A stretch of DNA of 63,505 bases, the filler included, from Nemertoderma westbladi (Eukaryota > Animalia > Xenacoelomorpha), in the NCBI GenBank assembly GCA_032718475.1. It is 4 parts of 4 records of this genome, joined end to end, with 100 filler letters (N's around TTAATTAATTAA, not from the genome) between each part and the next. Parts side by side here need not be neighbours in the genome. Positions count along the whole stretch, not along the records: positions 54,716 to 63,505 come from JAUCBJ010001256.1; 3 more parts are not named here. One strand, given 5' to 3'. The notes beneath the pieces were generated by a model. It was not told where the DNA came from and searched no databases. It saw only the letters and a list, made by a program, of their open reading frames with translations. The position numbers and the translations under genes were made by a program. Shown one piece after another: positions 62,726 through 63,505 of the stretch; within the stretch, counting starts at the first letter, position 1; every line of letters starts with the position of its first letter.

Positions 62726-63505
62726 TATCGGGATCGGTTAACATAACCCAACCCCTAACTGCCCAAACGAAACCCACTGCAGCACTGACTGCTGAGCTGA
62801 CACTGACCCAGTTTATAAAATTAACTTACTTGGCATTGTTGTAAACAATCTGGCGAACTAACAAACTGATCTAAGGTTCGCTCCGCTTCGGCGCGCTGAG
62901 ATGAATCGGTTGCTTCATAAAGTTGAGTGCAGAATGCCTCCATTTGTGCGGAATTCATATTGAATCGTTACTGTCAGACTGTACTGTGTTATGCCTACCT
63001 GCCTACATACTGACATACAACCTGACAACCAGACAACTATGTTTGTCATCTGTGTACAGGTGTAGGCCTACAATATAGGCCTAACATTATAACAGCCTGA
63101 TATGACAGCATGACAGGGACAGCATGACATGTGACAGGACAGGACAGCGGTGCAGACAGCCTACTGCAGTACTGTGTACTGCAGTACCGGTACTTGGTCT
63201 ATGCCTGTATGCTTGCTTGTCAACTTGTCAGTATTTCATATTTCTGTCATTAACTGCTGATGCTGAACTGTATTACAATTACAGTCTTTGGTCTTAGCTC
63301 ATTACTGCATTATACCGGTAAATCGTTCCGTCCTACGCTTAGCTACGCGTAGTTTACAACTTCCACTCCTGTCGATTACCGGTAGGTGGTAGGGCCAGGC
63401 GGGTGTTTGAAAAGGGTGGACTGAACGGTAAAACGAACTTAGATCCTGCAAGGCTTGACGTTGATGAACTTAGATCTTTGCGAACTTATAGGTCCTACTG
63501 CCCAG

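Overview
Animal (metazoan) genomic DNA made of four separate contigs (1-15285, 15386-30657, 30758-54615, 54716-63505) joined by artificial 100-bp spacers (44 N + TTAATTAATTAA + 44 N), so adjacency across the spacers is not physical. Contig 1 holds a 34-bp satellite, a decayed RTE-type non-LTR retrotransposon fused through a 40-bp tandem array to the 3' tip of a CRE-like element, and a 21-bp palindromic minisatellite. Contig 2 holds a 137-aa orphan gene with an RFX X-box promoter and the 3' exons of a DHX36-like helicase. The helicase acceptor is preceded by 274 tandem copies of a 36-nt GT...AG unit. Contig 3 starts with a PCR-adapter dimer, followed by an intronless cytoplasmic dynein-1 heavy chain. 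It also carries a BEL/Pao LTR element with gag-protease but no RT/RNase H/integrase core, an array of 20 hairpins, and an extra ORF predicted to encode a DEDDy 3'-5' exonuclease with three CCHC zinc knuckles; this is the best candidate for an undescribed system. Contig 4 holds a truncated RTE with an approximately 50-bp target duplication, an intronless RPS3A and two non-autonomous DNA elements, including a 3.07-kb foldback. All domain calls are by eye from motifs; no searches were run.
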